DNA of 64,000 nt from Candidatus Latescibacterota bacterium (GTDB lineage: Bacteria; Latescibacterota; CBDEFO01): NCBI GenBank assembly GCA_965237525.1, contig CBDEFO010000006.1, positions 352,001 through 416,000 on the forward strand, read 5' to 3'. Below the pieces are notes generated by a model. That model was not told where the DNA came from. It saw only the letters and a list, made by a program, of their open reading frames with translations, and ran no database searches. A program made the translations under genes and the position numbers. Of the stretch, positions 9,503-19,642 are shown one piece after another. Positions within the stretch are counted from its first letter, which is position 1, and every line of letters begins with the position of its first letter.

Positions 9503-10771
9503 ATGTCCATGCATCGTAAAATATTACACTTTGATCTGGATGCCTTTTTCTGCGCTGTGGAAGAGCAGCGCGATCCGTCCCTTAAGGGTGTGGCCTTCGC
9601 TGTAGGTGCACAGCCGCATAGCCGAGGGATTGTTGCTTCCTGCTCGTATGCAGCTCGAAAGTTCGGTATACGCTCAGGGATACCGATGGCTCAAGCTGTC
9701 AAATTGTGTCCAGGGTTAGTAATCGTTCCCCGGCGACACCTCATATATGGGAAAACCTCCGAACAGTGTATGGAGCACCTCTATGCATTGACGCCTGTTG
9801 TTGAGAAATTCTCGGTAGATGAAGCGTTTCTGGATTTAACACATAGCGCAGAGCCGGCAGGAGTGTTAGCTCGGAAATTACAGACCTCAATCCGGGACAA
9901 CATGGGATTACCATGTTCATTGGGCGTTGCTACCAACAAGATAGTTGCAAAGATCGCTAACAATGTCGGTAAAGCATCGGTTCAGACGGACGGTCCGCAG
10001 GGAATGGTCGAACCACCCAATGCCATTACGGTGGTGCCGCCTGGTAAGGAGGCGGCCTTCCTTGCACCTCTTCCAATCAGTGCGCTGTGGGGGGTCGGAA
10101 CAAAAACAGCCCGTTACCTGCGAAAACTTGGGGTCCGCACAATAGGGGATCTTGCCAGATGGCCTGAGGAATACCTCGGTCGCCGTTTCGGGGTGAACGG
10201 GTGGAGGTTAGCGCTCTATGCTAGAGGCATTGACGACAGCCCGGTTGAAACCATAAGGGAAGAAAAGTCCATGAGCAAGGAGACGACCTTCTCACACGAC
10301 GTTCCTGACAGGGATATACTGCAGGGAACTCTCTTTGTCTTGTCTGAGGTAGTGGGAAGGAGACTTAGATGGAAGGGCGTAAGTTGCCGTAAAGTAATGT
10401 TGAAGTTGCGCTGGCCCGATTTTACAACCTTAACGCGGCAAGTTGCATTGAGAGATCCAACCGATCTGGACTACAGGATTTACAATGAGGCGATGGCTCT
10501 CTTTGAACAGCTATGGCGTCCGGGACAGGCGGTGCGACTCTTGGGTGTAGGTGCCAGCAACCTGAGCCCTGCCGCCCGACAGTTGTGCTTGTGGAATAAG
10601 GAAACTGAAAAAAAGGAACGCTTTCAAGGAGCAGTAGACTCTCTGCGAGAGCGATTTGGATACCAAGCGGTGAGATCGGGAAGAGACATACTGAGGGAGA
10701 GAAACTCACCCTCAATGTCAGATCTGGATATTTCACGTTCACTGTCCGATTCAGAGGCGTCTCAAGATTAA
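9503..10771 (+). CDS. dinB: DNA polymerase IV (Y family)
   Basis: ILHFDLDAFFCAVE, CSYAARKFGIRSG, SVDEAFLD, LWGVG, little finger KSMSKETTF and VRLLGVG. Confidence 0.95.
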   Translation: MSMHRKILHFDLDAFFCAVEEQRDPSLKGVAFAVGAQPHSRGIVASCSYAARKFGIRSGIPMAQAVKLCPGLVIVPRRHLIYGKTSEQCMEHLYALTPVVEKFSVDEAFLDLTHSAEPAGVLARKLQTSIRDNMGLPCSLGVATNKIVAKIANNVGKASVQTDGPQGMVEPPNAITVVPPGKEAAFLAPLPISALWGVGTKTARYLRKLGVRTIGDLARWPEEYLGRRFGVNGWRLALYARGIDDSPVETIREEKSMSKETTFSHDVPDRDILQGTLFVLSEVVGRRLRWKGVSCRKVMLKLRWPDFTTLTRQVALRDPTDLDYRIYNEAMALFEQLWRPGQAVRLLGVGASNLSPAARQLCLWNKETEKKERFQGAVDSLRERFGYQAVRSGRDILRERNSPSMSDLDISRSLSDSEASQD

Positions 10772-11216
10772 CGTGCTGTTCCTCGACAGCATACCGGGGT
10801 GGGAGGAGTTTCCCTGTCTACTCTCTTCCGGGCAGGTCTGCCCTTGCCTTTCCCTGTCTACTGTCTACTGTTTACCGGTTGAATATCAAATGAAATCGGT
10901 GCACCTAATTTGATCTTTGTTTAGAGTATTAGTAGATTAAGTTGAGTTGATTGTCTTAACTTTAATCTACGGAGTCCTATGGACAAAGAGAGATTGGCCG
11001 TATTAAGACAAGAAGTCAACGAGATGTATTTTAAGAAAGAAATGTCAAAGCGAGAAGTTATCAAACAAGCGAGAGTTTCCAATGATTTCGTTACGGCTTG
11101 GACTAAATCTCCGGATCAGGATTTTGCCATAGATAATCGGGGTTGGCCAAAAGGAAAAAGGCGAAAATTGGCTAAAGTTGACGAACAGAGAATCAAAGAG
11201 ATTTACCATAGCTTAG

Positions 11217-12735
11217 AAGCCTTGTGAAATAGTTATGTCCCAGGCAGCGTCTGAAGCGCCGATTATGGGTCAAAGAGTAGCATATCGTATCGTTTTGCTG
11301 TGGAATAAGCAAAATAGTCTTATCAGAGTTCTGGTCAGCAAGGAATAGGAGCTGTTTGAAGAACAGGATGCACTGTCTTTGACAGACAGGGCACACATAG
11401 ACGCTTTCCCCCTTCTTATGAAAGATACAAGCCTCTTGAGATTCTGTACTGTTGCAACAAGATTCAACTGTTCATTCAGTGAGGCTGGTCCTCTGTAACG
11501 GGCTCGTCCCATACCGTGTTGTTGCCTGGCTTCAGCAAAGATATGTTCACTGCGTTTACGGAGTCTCCGGGAGAGTTTGTAGTCAGCTGTTAATGAGATA
11601 GACCGTGCATGATTTCTGGCTTTCGCCTCTCGCACTTTTCTATCCCGTTCGGCCTGAATATGTGCTGAATTTGTCTTGTTTTTCCATGTAGGAATCGGTT
11701 CAATCTTCTCATCGGCTCGCAGAGGAATATGGGGTATGATTCCCCGGTCAAGTACATCAGCGATAAAATTACCAGAACCGTAACCGGTATCGGCACTAAG
11801 TGTCTGAATGTCTTTGGGCATGGTGTATGTTTCAAGGTCATCTACCATCTTAAGGGCACTTTCGGGCTCTGCTGTCCCTGTCGCCTGCGTGCCCTGAGTC
11901 TCAAGGATTACTCTGCTTTTTGTGTCGATCAGATCATGGCCCATAAACGAGAGAAAAGCCCCTTTGCCCTTCGATTTGCTGTATAAGCGCGCGTCGGGGT
12001 CTGTAGTCGAACGGTGTGTTTGGTTCGTCCACTTTTCACCATGAAAGTCTTTATCCTGAGGATGCCCGGACCTACCCTTTGTCTTATCACCTTCAAAACC
12101 GATTCCCTTGAGATAATCATCAAGAGAAACAGGGGGTTCTATCGGCTCAATACTTTTCACTGAAGCATCAGCTTGTATCTGAGTGCCGTCGACACTAAGG
12201 TGTTTACCGCTTACAAGACCGACATCTATGCAACACTGGACTACCTGACGCATTATCCGTTCAAACAACCCACTGGATGCCCACTTGTGATTGCGAAGCT
12301 TGTTGATCGTGCTCCTATCCGGAACCGCATCATCAAATGTCTGATGACAAAACAACCGATATGCCGCATGCATCCCCACTTCCTGACAGAGCCGATTCTC
12401 ACTCAAATTATACAGATAGCCAATAAGGATCATTCGAACAACTAATTCAGGATCAATACCGGGTCTGCCATTGTCAGGGCAATAACAATCTGATACAACG
12501 TCTCGTACAAATGAAAAATCAACTGCCTCATCAATCTGACGAAGGATATGATCCTCGGGAACTAAATCCTCCATCTGAAAATAGTGAAACATCGGATTTG
12601 TCTGTTCCTGCTCTTGTGGGGTCATTGTTTCCTCCATGTATAATATTATCAATAACATAATATAATACATCGGAACTGCTTTATCAATGCTTGTTCTATA
12701 CTACTTTCTGAATCTAAGGGTTTTTCACAAGGCTT
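11217..12735 (-). mobile_element. IS1182-family element, copy 1 (1519 bp)
   Basis: 13-bp IRs AAGCCTTGTGAAA; TTAG at 11213-16 and 12736-39. Confidence 0.9.
11270..12670 (-). CDS. IS1182-family transposase (start may be ATG 12637 or 12625)
   Basis: LEDLVPxDH-like, GRPGIDP, PDRSTI, VDGTQIQADAS, TTDPDARLY, ADTGYG, RSEHIFAE. Confidence 0.9.
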   Translation of the reverse strand: MYYIMLLIILYMEETMTPQEQEQTNPMFHYFQMEDLVPEDHILRQIDEAVDFSFVRDVVSDCYCPDNGRPGIDPELVVRMILIGYLYNLSENRLCQEVGMHAAYRLFCHQTFDDAVPDRSTINKLRNHKWASSGLFERIMRQVVQCCIDVGLVSGKHLSVDGTQIQADASVKSIEPIEPPVSLDDYLKGIGFEGDKTKGRSGHPQDKDFHGEKWTNQTHRSTTDPDARLYSKSKGKGAFLSFMGHDLIDTKSRVILETQGTQATGTAEPESALKMVDDLETYTMPKDIQTLSADTGYGSGNFIADVLDRGIIPHIPLRADEKIEPIPTWKNKTNSAHIQAERDRKVREAKARNHARSISLTADYKLSRRLRKRSEHIFAEARQQHGMGRARYRGPASLNEQLNLVATVQNLKRLVSFIRRGKASMCALSVKDSASCSSNSSYSLLTRTLIRLFCLFHSKTIRYATL

Positions 12736-12739
12736 TTAG

Positions 12740-14258
12740 AAGCCTTGTGAAATAGTTATGTCCCAGGCAGCGTCTGAAGCGCCGATTATGGGTCAAAGAG
12801 TAGCATATCGTATCGTTTTGCTGTGGAATAAGCAAAATAGTCTTATCAGAGTTCTGGTCAGCAAGGAACAGGAGCTGTTTGAAGAACAGGATGCACTGTC
12901 TTTGACAGACAGGGCACACATAGACGCTTTCCCCCTTCTTATGAAAGATACAAGCCTCTTGAGATTCTGTGCTGTTGCAACAAGATTCAACTGTTCATTC
13001 AGTGAGGCTGGTCCTCTGTAACGGGCTCGTCCCATACCGTGTTGTTGCCTGGCTTCAGCAAAGATATGTTCACTGCGTTTACGGAGTCTCCGGGAGAGTT
13101 TGTAGTCAGCTGTTAATGAGATAGACCGTGCATGATTTCTGGCTTTCGCCTCTCGCACTTTTCTATCCCGTTCGGCCTGAATATGTGCTGAATTTGTCTT
13201 GTTTTTCCATGTAGGAATCGGTTCAATCTTCTCATCGGCTCGCAGAGGAATATGGGGTATGATTCCCCGGTCAAGTACATCAGCGATAAAATTACCAGAA
13301 CCGTAACCGGTATCGGCACTAAGTGTCTGAATGTCTTTGGGCATGGTGTATGTTTCAAGGTCATCTACCATCTTAAGGGCACTTTCGGGCTCTGCTGTCC
13401 CTGTCGCCTGCGTGCCCTGAGTCTCAAGGATTACTCTGCTTTTTGTGTCGATCAGATCATGGCCCATAAACGAGAGAAAAGCCCCTTTGCCCTTCGATTT
13501 GCTGTATAAGCGCGCGTCGGGGTCTGTAGTCGAACGGTGTGTTTGGTTCGTCCACTTTTCACCATGAAAGTCTTTATCCTGAGGATGCCCGGACCTACCC
13601 TTTGTCTTATCACCTTCAAAACCGATTCCCTTGAGATAATCATCAAGAGAAACAGGGGGTTCTATCGGCTCAATACTTTTCACTGAAGCATCAGCTTGTA
13701 TCTGAATGCCGTCGACACTAAGGTGTTTACCGCTCACAAGACCGACATCTATGCAACACTGGACTACCTGACGCATTATCCGTTCAAACAACCCACTGGA
13801 TGCCCACTTGTGATTGCGAAGCTTGTTGATCGTGCTCCTATCCGGAACCGCATCATCAAATGTCTGATGACAAAACAACCGATATGCCGCATGCATCCCC
13901 ACTTCCTGACAGAGCCGATTCTCACTCAAATTATACAGATAGCCAATAAGGATCATTCGAACAACTAATTCAGGATCAATACCGGGTCTGCCATTGTCAG
14001 GGCAATAACAATCTGATACAACGTCTCGTACAAATGAAAAATCAACTGCCTCATCAATCTGACGAAGGATATGATCCTCGGGAACTAAATCCTCCATCTG
14101 AAAATAGTGAAACATCGGATTTGTCTGTTCCTGCTCTTGTGGGGTCATTGTTTCCTCCATGTATAATATTATCAATAACATAATATAATACATCGGAGCT
14201 GCTTTATCAATGCTTGTTCTATACTACTTTCTGAATCTAAGGGTTTTTCACAAGGCTT
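12740..14258 (-). mobile_element. IS1182-family element, copy 2 (1519 bp), tandem to copy 1
   Basis: Same IRs; TTAG at 12736-39 and 14259-62; a few SNPs versus copy 1. Confidence 0.9.
12793..14193 (-). CDS. IS1182-family transposase
   Basis: Near-identical to 11270-12670; differs at DGIQ/DGTQ, ATAQ/ATVQ, SSCS/SSYS. Confidence 0.9.
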   Translation of the reverse strand: MYYIMLLIILYMEETMTPQEQEQTNPMFHYFQMEDLVPEDHILRQIDEAVDFSFVRDVVSDCYCPDNGRPGIDPELVVRMILIGYLYNLSENRLCQEVGMHAAYRLFCHQTFDDAVPDRSTINKLRNHKWASSGLFERIMRQVVQCCIDVGLVSGKHLSVDGIQIQADASVKSIEPIEPPVSLDDYLKGIGFEGDKTKGRSGHPQDKDFHGEKWTNQTHRSTTDPDARLYSKSKGKGAFLSFMGHDLIDTKSRVILETQGTQATGTAEPESALKMVDDLETYTMPKDIQTLSADTGYGSGNFIADVLDRGIIPHIPLRADEKIEPIPTWKNKTNSAHIQAERDRKVREAKARNHARSISLTADYKLSRRLRKRSEHIFAEARQQHGMGRARYRGPASLNEQLNLVATAQNLKRLVSFIRRGKASMCALSVKDSASCSSNSSCSLLTRTLIRLFCLFHSKTIRYATL

Positions 14259-15244
14259 TTAGAGGACGATCCTTATCAGTTCTATTCAGGAGCCACTGTT
14301 ATTGAACAAGAATGGAGGAATCGATATTCTAGCACCCCTCCTCCGTCGTTGCCGACTATCGGCAGAATGCTTTCAGATTTAGGACTTTCCCAGAGAAGGA
14401 AGAAAGGTAAAAACAAGGGTGCATCTCGTTATCTTTGTTATCCAGAGTATACCATTTACTATCTTTTAGGAGGCAGAGTCCTAGAATCAGACTTTATTGG
14501 TAAAAAGTATCTTACCGGCAGAACTGAGCCGGTCAACTTCGTTGGATTTTCCTTTAAGAAAGAGCCTAAGTTAAGGTATTTTCGGCGGGTTGACGGTCAA
14601 ACAGCAACTAACTTTATCGAGAAGTGTCAGTCTTTCTTTGACAGGTTTGAAAAACCAGATTTCGTTAAGGTGGACAATTGCTCGGCGACTATTGGCAGTG
14701 TTTCAGGTAAAAGGAATGTCAGCAAAGCAATGCAGTTTCTCTTGAAAAATCAAGTGATTCCGATATTTGCCGTTCCCAGAAGGCCCTTTTCTCAAGCATC
14801 TATAGAAGGCAACAATTCTGTATTTTCAAGGAAGTTCTGGAACAGAATTCAGTTCAAAAGCTTACAAGAAGTTGATCAGAAGTTAGAATGGTTTAATCTT
14901 TCATCACAGAGATACACCGGCTACCGTCCACCTAAGCAAGAGAAGTCAAACGAGAAAGATTTCATTCCCAAGACCTATTTTATCAGACAAGTCAAACAGG
15001 ACACAGAACAGACAGATAAAGCCTTTATCGATGTCCTAAATGAGAAAGTATCTCTTCCCTCCTCTTACACCAACTACTTTGTCCTGGCTGAATGGAACCT
15101 AAAAGAAGAACAATTATACATCCATTTTGAAAAAGAACAGAAACCAAAGATTGTCGAAAACCTATCATTCAAGATCAATCAAAGATCGAAAGAGAAGTGC
15201 ACCGATTTCATTTGATAAATAACCTCTACTGTCTACTTATCTTG

Positions 15245-15964
15245 TCAGACCCTCCCGTAGACGGGGATCGAAGCGCCATTTATGTCCTTCGATGCGTCTG
15301 ATGACAAGAACAGGAGAACACGAGCGAGGTCTTCCGGTTTGACCCACTTATCGAAATCGGCCTTCGGCATAGATCTTCTATTCTGTACTGTGTCTATAAT
15401 GCTGGGCATAACGCAGTTTGCGGTAACGCCGCTGTCTTTGACCTCATCAGCTATGGTTCTGACCAACGTTATAATTCCCACCTTAGCCACAGAGTAAGCC
15501 GAAGCTCCGGCAAATGGCTGTTCTGCCGCTTTAGATGAAATCATCGTGATCCTGCCGCTTTCTTGCCCTATCATTGTCGGTAAAACTGTGTTTGCGCACA
15601 GGAAGGCCGACTTCAGATTCAGATTCAACATACTATCCCAATCATCCTGTGACATCTCTGCCACAGGATTATCCCCTCTGAAGCCCCCCACTAAATGCAC
15701 AAGTGCATCTATCCTCCCGAACTTATCCAGGACCTCCTCTACCATCTCCAGTACACTTTCCCGAGACAGCACATCTACCTTCACAATCAGAGGCTGATTT
15801 TCCATATGCTCAAGCCTGGAACGCAAATCCACTGCCTCTTCATCTATGATATATGTCACTACAGTTTTAGCTCCAGAATCTAAGAAGGCCTCAGTTACCG
15901 CCTTTCCCAAATTGCCCGTCCCTCCCGTTATTATAACAACTCTATCTTTAAGATCCATTAGCAT
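15245..15964 (-). CDS. SDR family oxidoreductase
   Basis: TGGTGNLG, GRIDALV, YSVAK. Confidence 0.9.
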   Translation of the reverse strand: MLMDLKDRVVIITGGTGNLGKAVTEAFLDSGAKTVVTYIIDEEAVDLRSRLEHMENQPLIVKVDVLSRESVLEMVEEVLDKFGRIDALVHLVGGFRGDNPVAEMSQDDWDSMLNLNLKSAFLCANTVLPTMIGQESGRITMISSKAAEQPFAGASAYSVAKVGIITLVRTIADEVKDSGVTANCVMPSIIDTVQNRRSMPKADFDKWVKPEDLARVLLFLSSDASKDINGASIPVYGRV

Positions 15965-16299
15965 CCCCCTGTAGATTAGGAAAGAGTAGGTAGTAAACAG
16001 GGGTACTATCTACCACCTCACCAGATTGCTTCGGGGCATTTCATGCCCCTGGCAATGACTGAAGAACAGGTAGCTGTCATTGCCAAACCCCGATTGAGTC
16101 TACCCCCGATTGAATCTATCGGGGGGGATCGGGGGAAGGCCACGAGCCTTTAGCCCAGAGCGAAGCGAAGGGTCTTAGAAGCAATCTGGCTGTATAGCGT
16201 CTATTTAAGTGTATTACGATCAAGATAGCAATAATGTGGGGATGATACAACTACTTTTTTGCTCCCCACAGGAACTTTGTAACTCTGCCAAATAATTTC

Positions 16300-16327
16300 T
16301 TGACTGAAAGCAGTGTTTTGCTATATT
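16300..16327 (+). promoter_or_regulatory. Candidate sigma70 promoter
   Basis: TTGACT-16 bp-TATATT with TG extension. Confidence 0.45.
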
Positions 16328-16343
16328 CTTCTGACCTTTTGAA

Positions 16344-17399
16344 TTGGAGCATACGATTTTCAACAAGGTGATCCAATTGAAGACTAAAGTAGCCATAGTA
16401 GGGGCAAGCGGAATTGGAAAGCACCACGCAAAGTGGTACAACTTGGTCGAATGTGATGTGGTCGCCTTTGTGGGCACATCCCGAAGGAGCACACAGAATA
16501 CGGCGTCCGTACTCCATGATCTCTTCGGCTTCCAGGGAGTGGCTTACTGGGATGTAGATGAGATGTTAAATGACCAGAAGCCCGACATAGTAGGGGTCTG
16601 TTCCCCCTATCGTCTACATAAAGAACATACTCTCAAGAGCCTGGAAGCTGGGGCTTGTGTCCTCTGTGAAAAACCGCTGACCTGGGATCGGAACAAGTCG
16701 TTTGAACAGATACTCTCAGACGGAGAGGAGATGGTAAGATCAGCAGAGGAAAAGGCTTTGACTGTAGGCGTCTCCACACAGTATGTCGCTCTTCCCCGAA
16801 ACTATAAAGAGATATATGAAAGAGAAGTGGGAAACCTTGAAAATATAGAAAGATTCTATGTAGAATTAGAGTCAAGGGGAGACACTGTAAGCTGCAGTTA
16901 TGAAGATATACTCGTTGACCTTATGCCGCATGCTTTGAGCCTATTGCTGACGCTCATGCCCGACGGCAAGATAGATCCGCAGACGCTAAGCTGTACGGTA
17001 AAAAGGACTGAGAGTATCATAGAATTTGACTGGGTCGGACCTCAAGGTGGTGCGACCACTGCGAATCATGCGACCAGCCCGTGGCGCTGCTCTGTTGAGA
17101 TTATGCTCAGAAAGAGTATGCTCAGAAATAGAACAGATGGCGAACTCAGGAGAAAGTTCGGCGTCAATGGATTCATCGTGGATATAGGAGCGAAAGATGT
17201 GGGCGGAGTCTATAAATCAGTCTTGAATTATGGGGGAAAGGATGAGGTATTCGACGACCTTTTGCACATGCTGATCTTTGATTTCGTAAAGTCTGTCACA
17301 ACAGAAGAGCCAGAAATACCCTCAGTTGGCGAAAGAGCGCTGAAGAATATGAGACTTCAGGTGGAGATACTCCGATCAAAATTAGGAGATGGAACCTAG
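16344..17399 (+). CDS. Gfo/Idh/MocA family oxidoreductase (start probably ~16368-16377)
   Basis: VAIVGASGIGKHH, PDIVGVCSP, VLCEKP. Confidence 0.85.
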   Translation: MEHTIFNKVIQLKTKVAIVGASGIGKHHAKWYNLVECDVVAFVGTSRRSTQNTASVLHDLFGFQGVAYWDVDEMLNDQKPDIVGVCSPYRLHKEHTLKSLEAGACVLCEKPLTWDRNKSFEQILSDGEEMVRSAEEKALTVGVSTQYVALPRNYKEIYEREVGNLENIERFYVELESRGDTVSCSYEDILVDLMPHALSLLLTLMPDGKIDPQTLSCTVKRTESIIEFDWVGPQGGATTANHATSPWRCSVEIMLRKSMLRNRTDGELRRKFGVNGFIVDIGAKDVGGVYKSVLNYGGKDEVFDDLLHMLIFDFVKSVTTEEPEIPSVGERALKNMRLQVEILRSKLGDGT

Positions 17400-17654
17400 G
17401 GGCGAGGGCCACTTGCCCAGTACACATCCAAGCTTCTCCCCTCACGGGACGCTTTCTACAAGATTGCTTCCCCCCGACCCCCCCGATAGATTCAATCGGG
17501 GGTTCAATCGGTTGCGCTTGCAATGGCTAAAGGCGGATGCTCTCTTCCTTAATATGAGGTGCCAAAGCTCCGAAAAGACGCGAAGCGGAACCAATCTCTT
17601 CTGCTTTATGGTTAATAACCCTTAATGTCTAAATGTTATCTCAAGGCAAAGTAT

Positions 17655-18152
17655 ATGATAAGCCAATACAATTTTTGCCCCGAATGCGGAGGCAAGATGC
17701 AAAAAGGGACGATAGCGGGGGTAGAACGACCCGTCTACAAGCTCTGCGGCGGCACAGTCTACCTTGATCCCAAGGTCGCATCGTGCGCCCTCGTTGAGGA
17801 TGACGGAGAAATTATCCTGGTAAGGCGCGGTATAGAACCTGCGCTGGGAAAGTGGACGTTCCCCGGAGGATACATCGACAGAGGAGAAGGTACCGAAAAC
17901 GCCGCAATCAGACAGACGAAGGAAGAAGCAAATATAGACGTTCGGATAACGTCTCTTTTAGGAGTGTACTCCTATCCCAACAATCCAGTTGTCGTTATCG
18001 TTTATATTGCTGAAGCTGTAGGAGGCAATATCGAAGCAGGGCCTGAGTGTCTGGAGATCAGAAAGTTCCAGCCTGCCAATGTGCCCTGGGATCAGATAGC
18101 CTTCAAGAGCACCGAGCAGGCTCTCTTGGATTGGATTAAATTGAGGAGATAA
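17655..18152 (+). CDS. NUDIX hydrolase with N-terminal zinc ribbon (degenerate motifs)
   Basis: FCPECG, YKLCG, YLDPKV, PGGYIDRGEGTENAAIRQTKEE; ATG 17655 preferred over 17625. Confidence 0.8.
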   Translation: MISQYNFCPECGGKMQKGTIAGVERPVYKLCGGTVYLDPKVASCALVEDDGEIILVRRGIEPALGKWTFPGGYIDRGEGTENAAIRQTKEEANIDVRITSLLGVYSYPNNPVVVIVYIAEAVGGNIEAGPECLEIRKFQPANVPWDQIAFKSTEQALLDWIKLRR

Positions 18153-18153
18153 A

Positions 18154-19609
18154 ATGCCGCAACAAGAGAACAGAGATGAAGTAACACTCGGAAAAACAGG
18201 TCCGCTCAAGATACTCCCTGTCCCGATGTTTATGGGGTTATTTGCCTATTTAGGCCCTGGAATCGTGTGGGCACGACTGGCCCAGGGTAGCGGAGAGCTT
18301 ATATGGTGGCTCTACCTTACCGCTAAATACGGCGCGGCATTTCTGGGACTTTTAATTCCTGCTTGTTTTCTCCAATTCTGGGTCAATCTGGAGATCATAA
18401 GGTACACCGCCGCTACAGGCGAGACGATGATGGCGGGATTCAGCAGGATAGGGAAGTGGTACGCCACATTGATCTGGATCGGAATCTTCGTAGAGAACGT
18501 CTGGTTCGGGGCGTACGCCTCCGCTGGACGCACTGCCCTTGCTGAGCTTACCGGGCTGCCTTCAGGATGGTCTCAAAGGGGACAATCCCTCTTTTGGGGA
18601 TAGTTCACGATAGCTGTGTATCTCTTTGCGCTCTTCTTTGGAAAAGTGGTCTATAAGGTAATAGAAAGATTCACCATAGCTATCGTAGTCATAACTCATC
18701 GGTGGAGTCATTGCGGCCGTTCTGCAATCCAAGGTCTTAGCGGTTGGTGGAGAGTTCTTCAGTGCACTTATAAAGCCACACTTTTACGTCCCCGACAACT
18801 GGGAAGCTGGCGATACGAAGGTGGTAATCACAGCTATAGCCTTTGCAGGAGCCGGGGGATTTGGACAGTTTTTCTTCGCCTACTGGATGAGAGACAAGGG
18901 CGTGGGAATGGGTAAATACATAGGCAGGGTCACAAGTCCTATCACAGGGGAGGCAGAATCTATACCCTCCACAGGGTACGCCTTTTCTGATACGCAGGAG
19001 AACAGGAAGAACTACAAAGGCTTTGTCAGATACCTATCGTTTGAGAATGGATTAGGAGTTATTCTAAACCTTATAACTACGGTATTTATGTGCTGGCTCG
19101 CATGGGCGCTCCTTATGCCCGAAGGCAAAGTGCCTGAGGGCTGGCAGATAGCTGTAGTTCAATCGGCCTTCTTCGAGGTCGCCTGGGGACCCATCGGCAA
19201 GGCCGTTTTCCTCGTAGTAGCTGCCGCCTTCCTGTGCGATGCGTGGCTTCAGCTTACAGACGGGTATTCCAGAATACAGGCGGACTACTTCTGCTCCAAC
19301 TTCCAGTGGGCCAAAAGATTCCACTTCAGGACGTGGTACTACATGTTCGTAGTCCTCTTTACCGTCCTGACTGCAATAACCATCCTCCTTGCGCAGCCCG
19401 GAGCCCTTATAATCATAAGAGGGGTGATCGCCTTCCTATCTATGGGCATATACTGTCCCGCTCTGATATACCTGAACTTCTATATGTTGCCCAAAGCCTT
19501 CCCCGCATGGGTGAAGCCTCACTGGGCAGTCAGGACTATGATGTTTATAGTCACGGCGATATATATAGGAGTCGGATTGTGGTATGTGTGGATACTTATA
19601 AAAGGCTAA
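18154..19609 (+). pseudogene. Nramp-like membrane transporter, disrupted
   Basis: LGPGIVW..LAQGSGELIWW, RYTAATGET; in-frame TAG at 18601 and a frameshift near 18700. Confidence 0.8.
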
Positions 19610-19642
19610 TAAGTGATTGTTAGCACCCTGCAGAAGGAACAT

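Larger units (their letters stand above)
10979..15215 (+). pseudogene. Host transposase split by the IS1182 dimer (396 aa when rejoined)
   Basis: Joining 11216 to 14263 gives ...IYHSLEDDPYQFYSGA...PSLPTIGR in frame; ESD, KVDN, SIEG acidic motifs. Confidence 0.85.
10884..15217 (+). mobile_element. IS with integrase-core (rve-type DDE) transposase, interrupted by two IS1182 copies
   Basis: Perfect 21-bp inverted ends TATCAAATGAAATCGGTGCAC (10884-10904, 15197-15217); outer TA may be a target duplication. Confidence 0.9.

Noticed and set aside
17389..17625. 78-aa ORF and similar repeat-spanning ORFs (4773-5051, 8908-9237, 53276-53578, 61720-61911)
   Set aside because: Their translations derive from REP or micro-element sequence and show no protein-family features.
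18601..18603. Pyrrolysine or stop read-through at TAG in the Nramp-like gene
   Set aside because: The same gene also has a frameshift, and other genes end normally in TAG.
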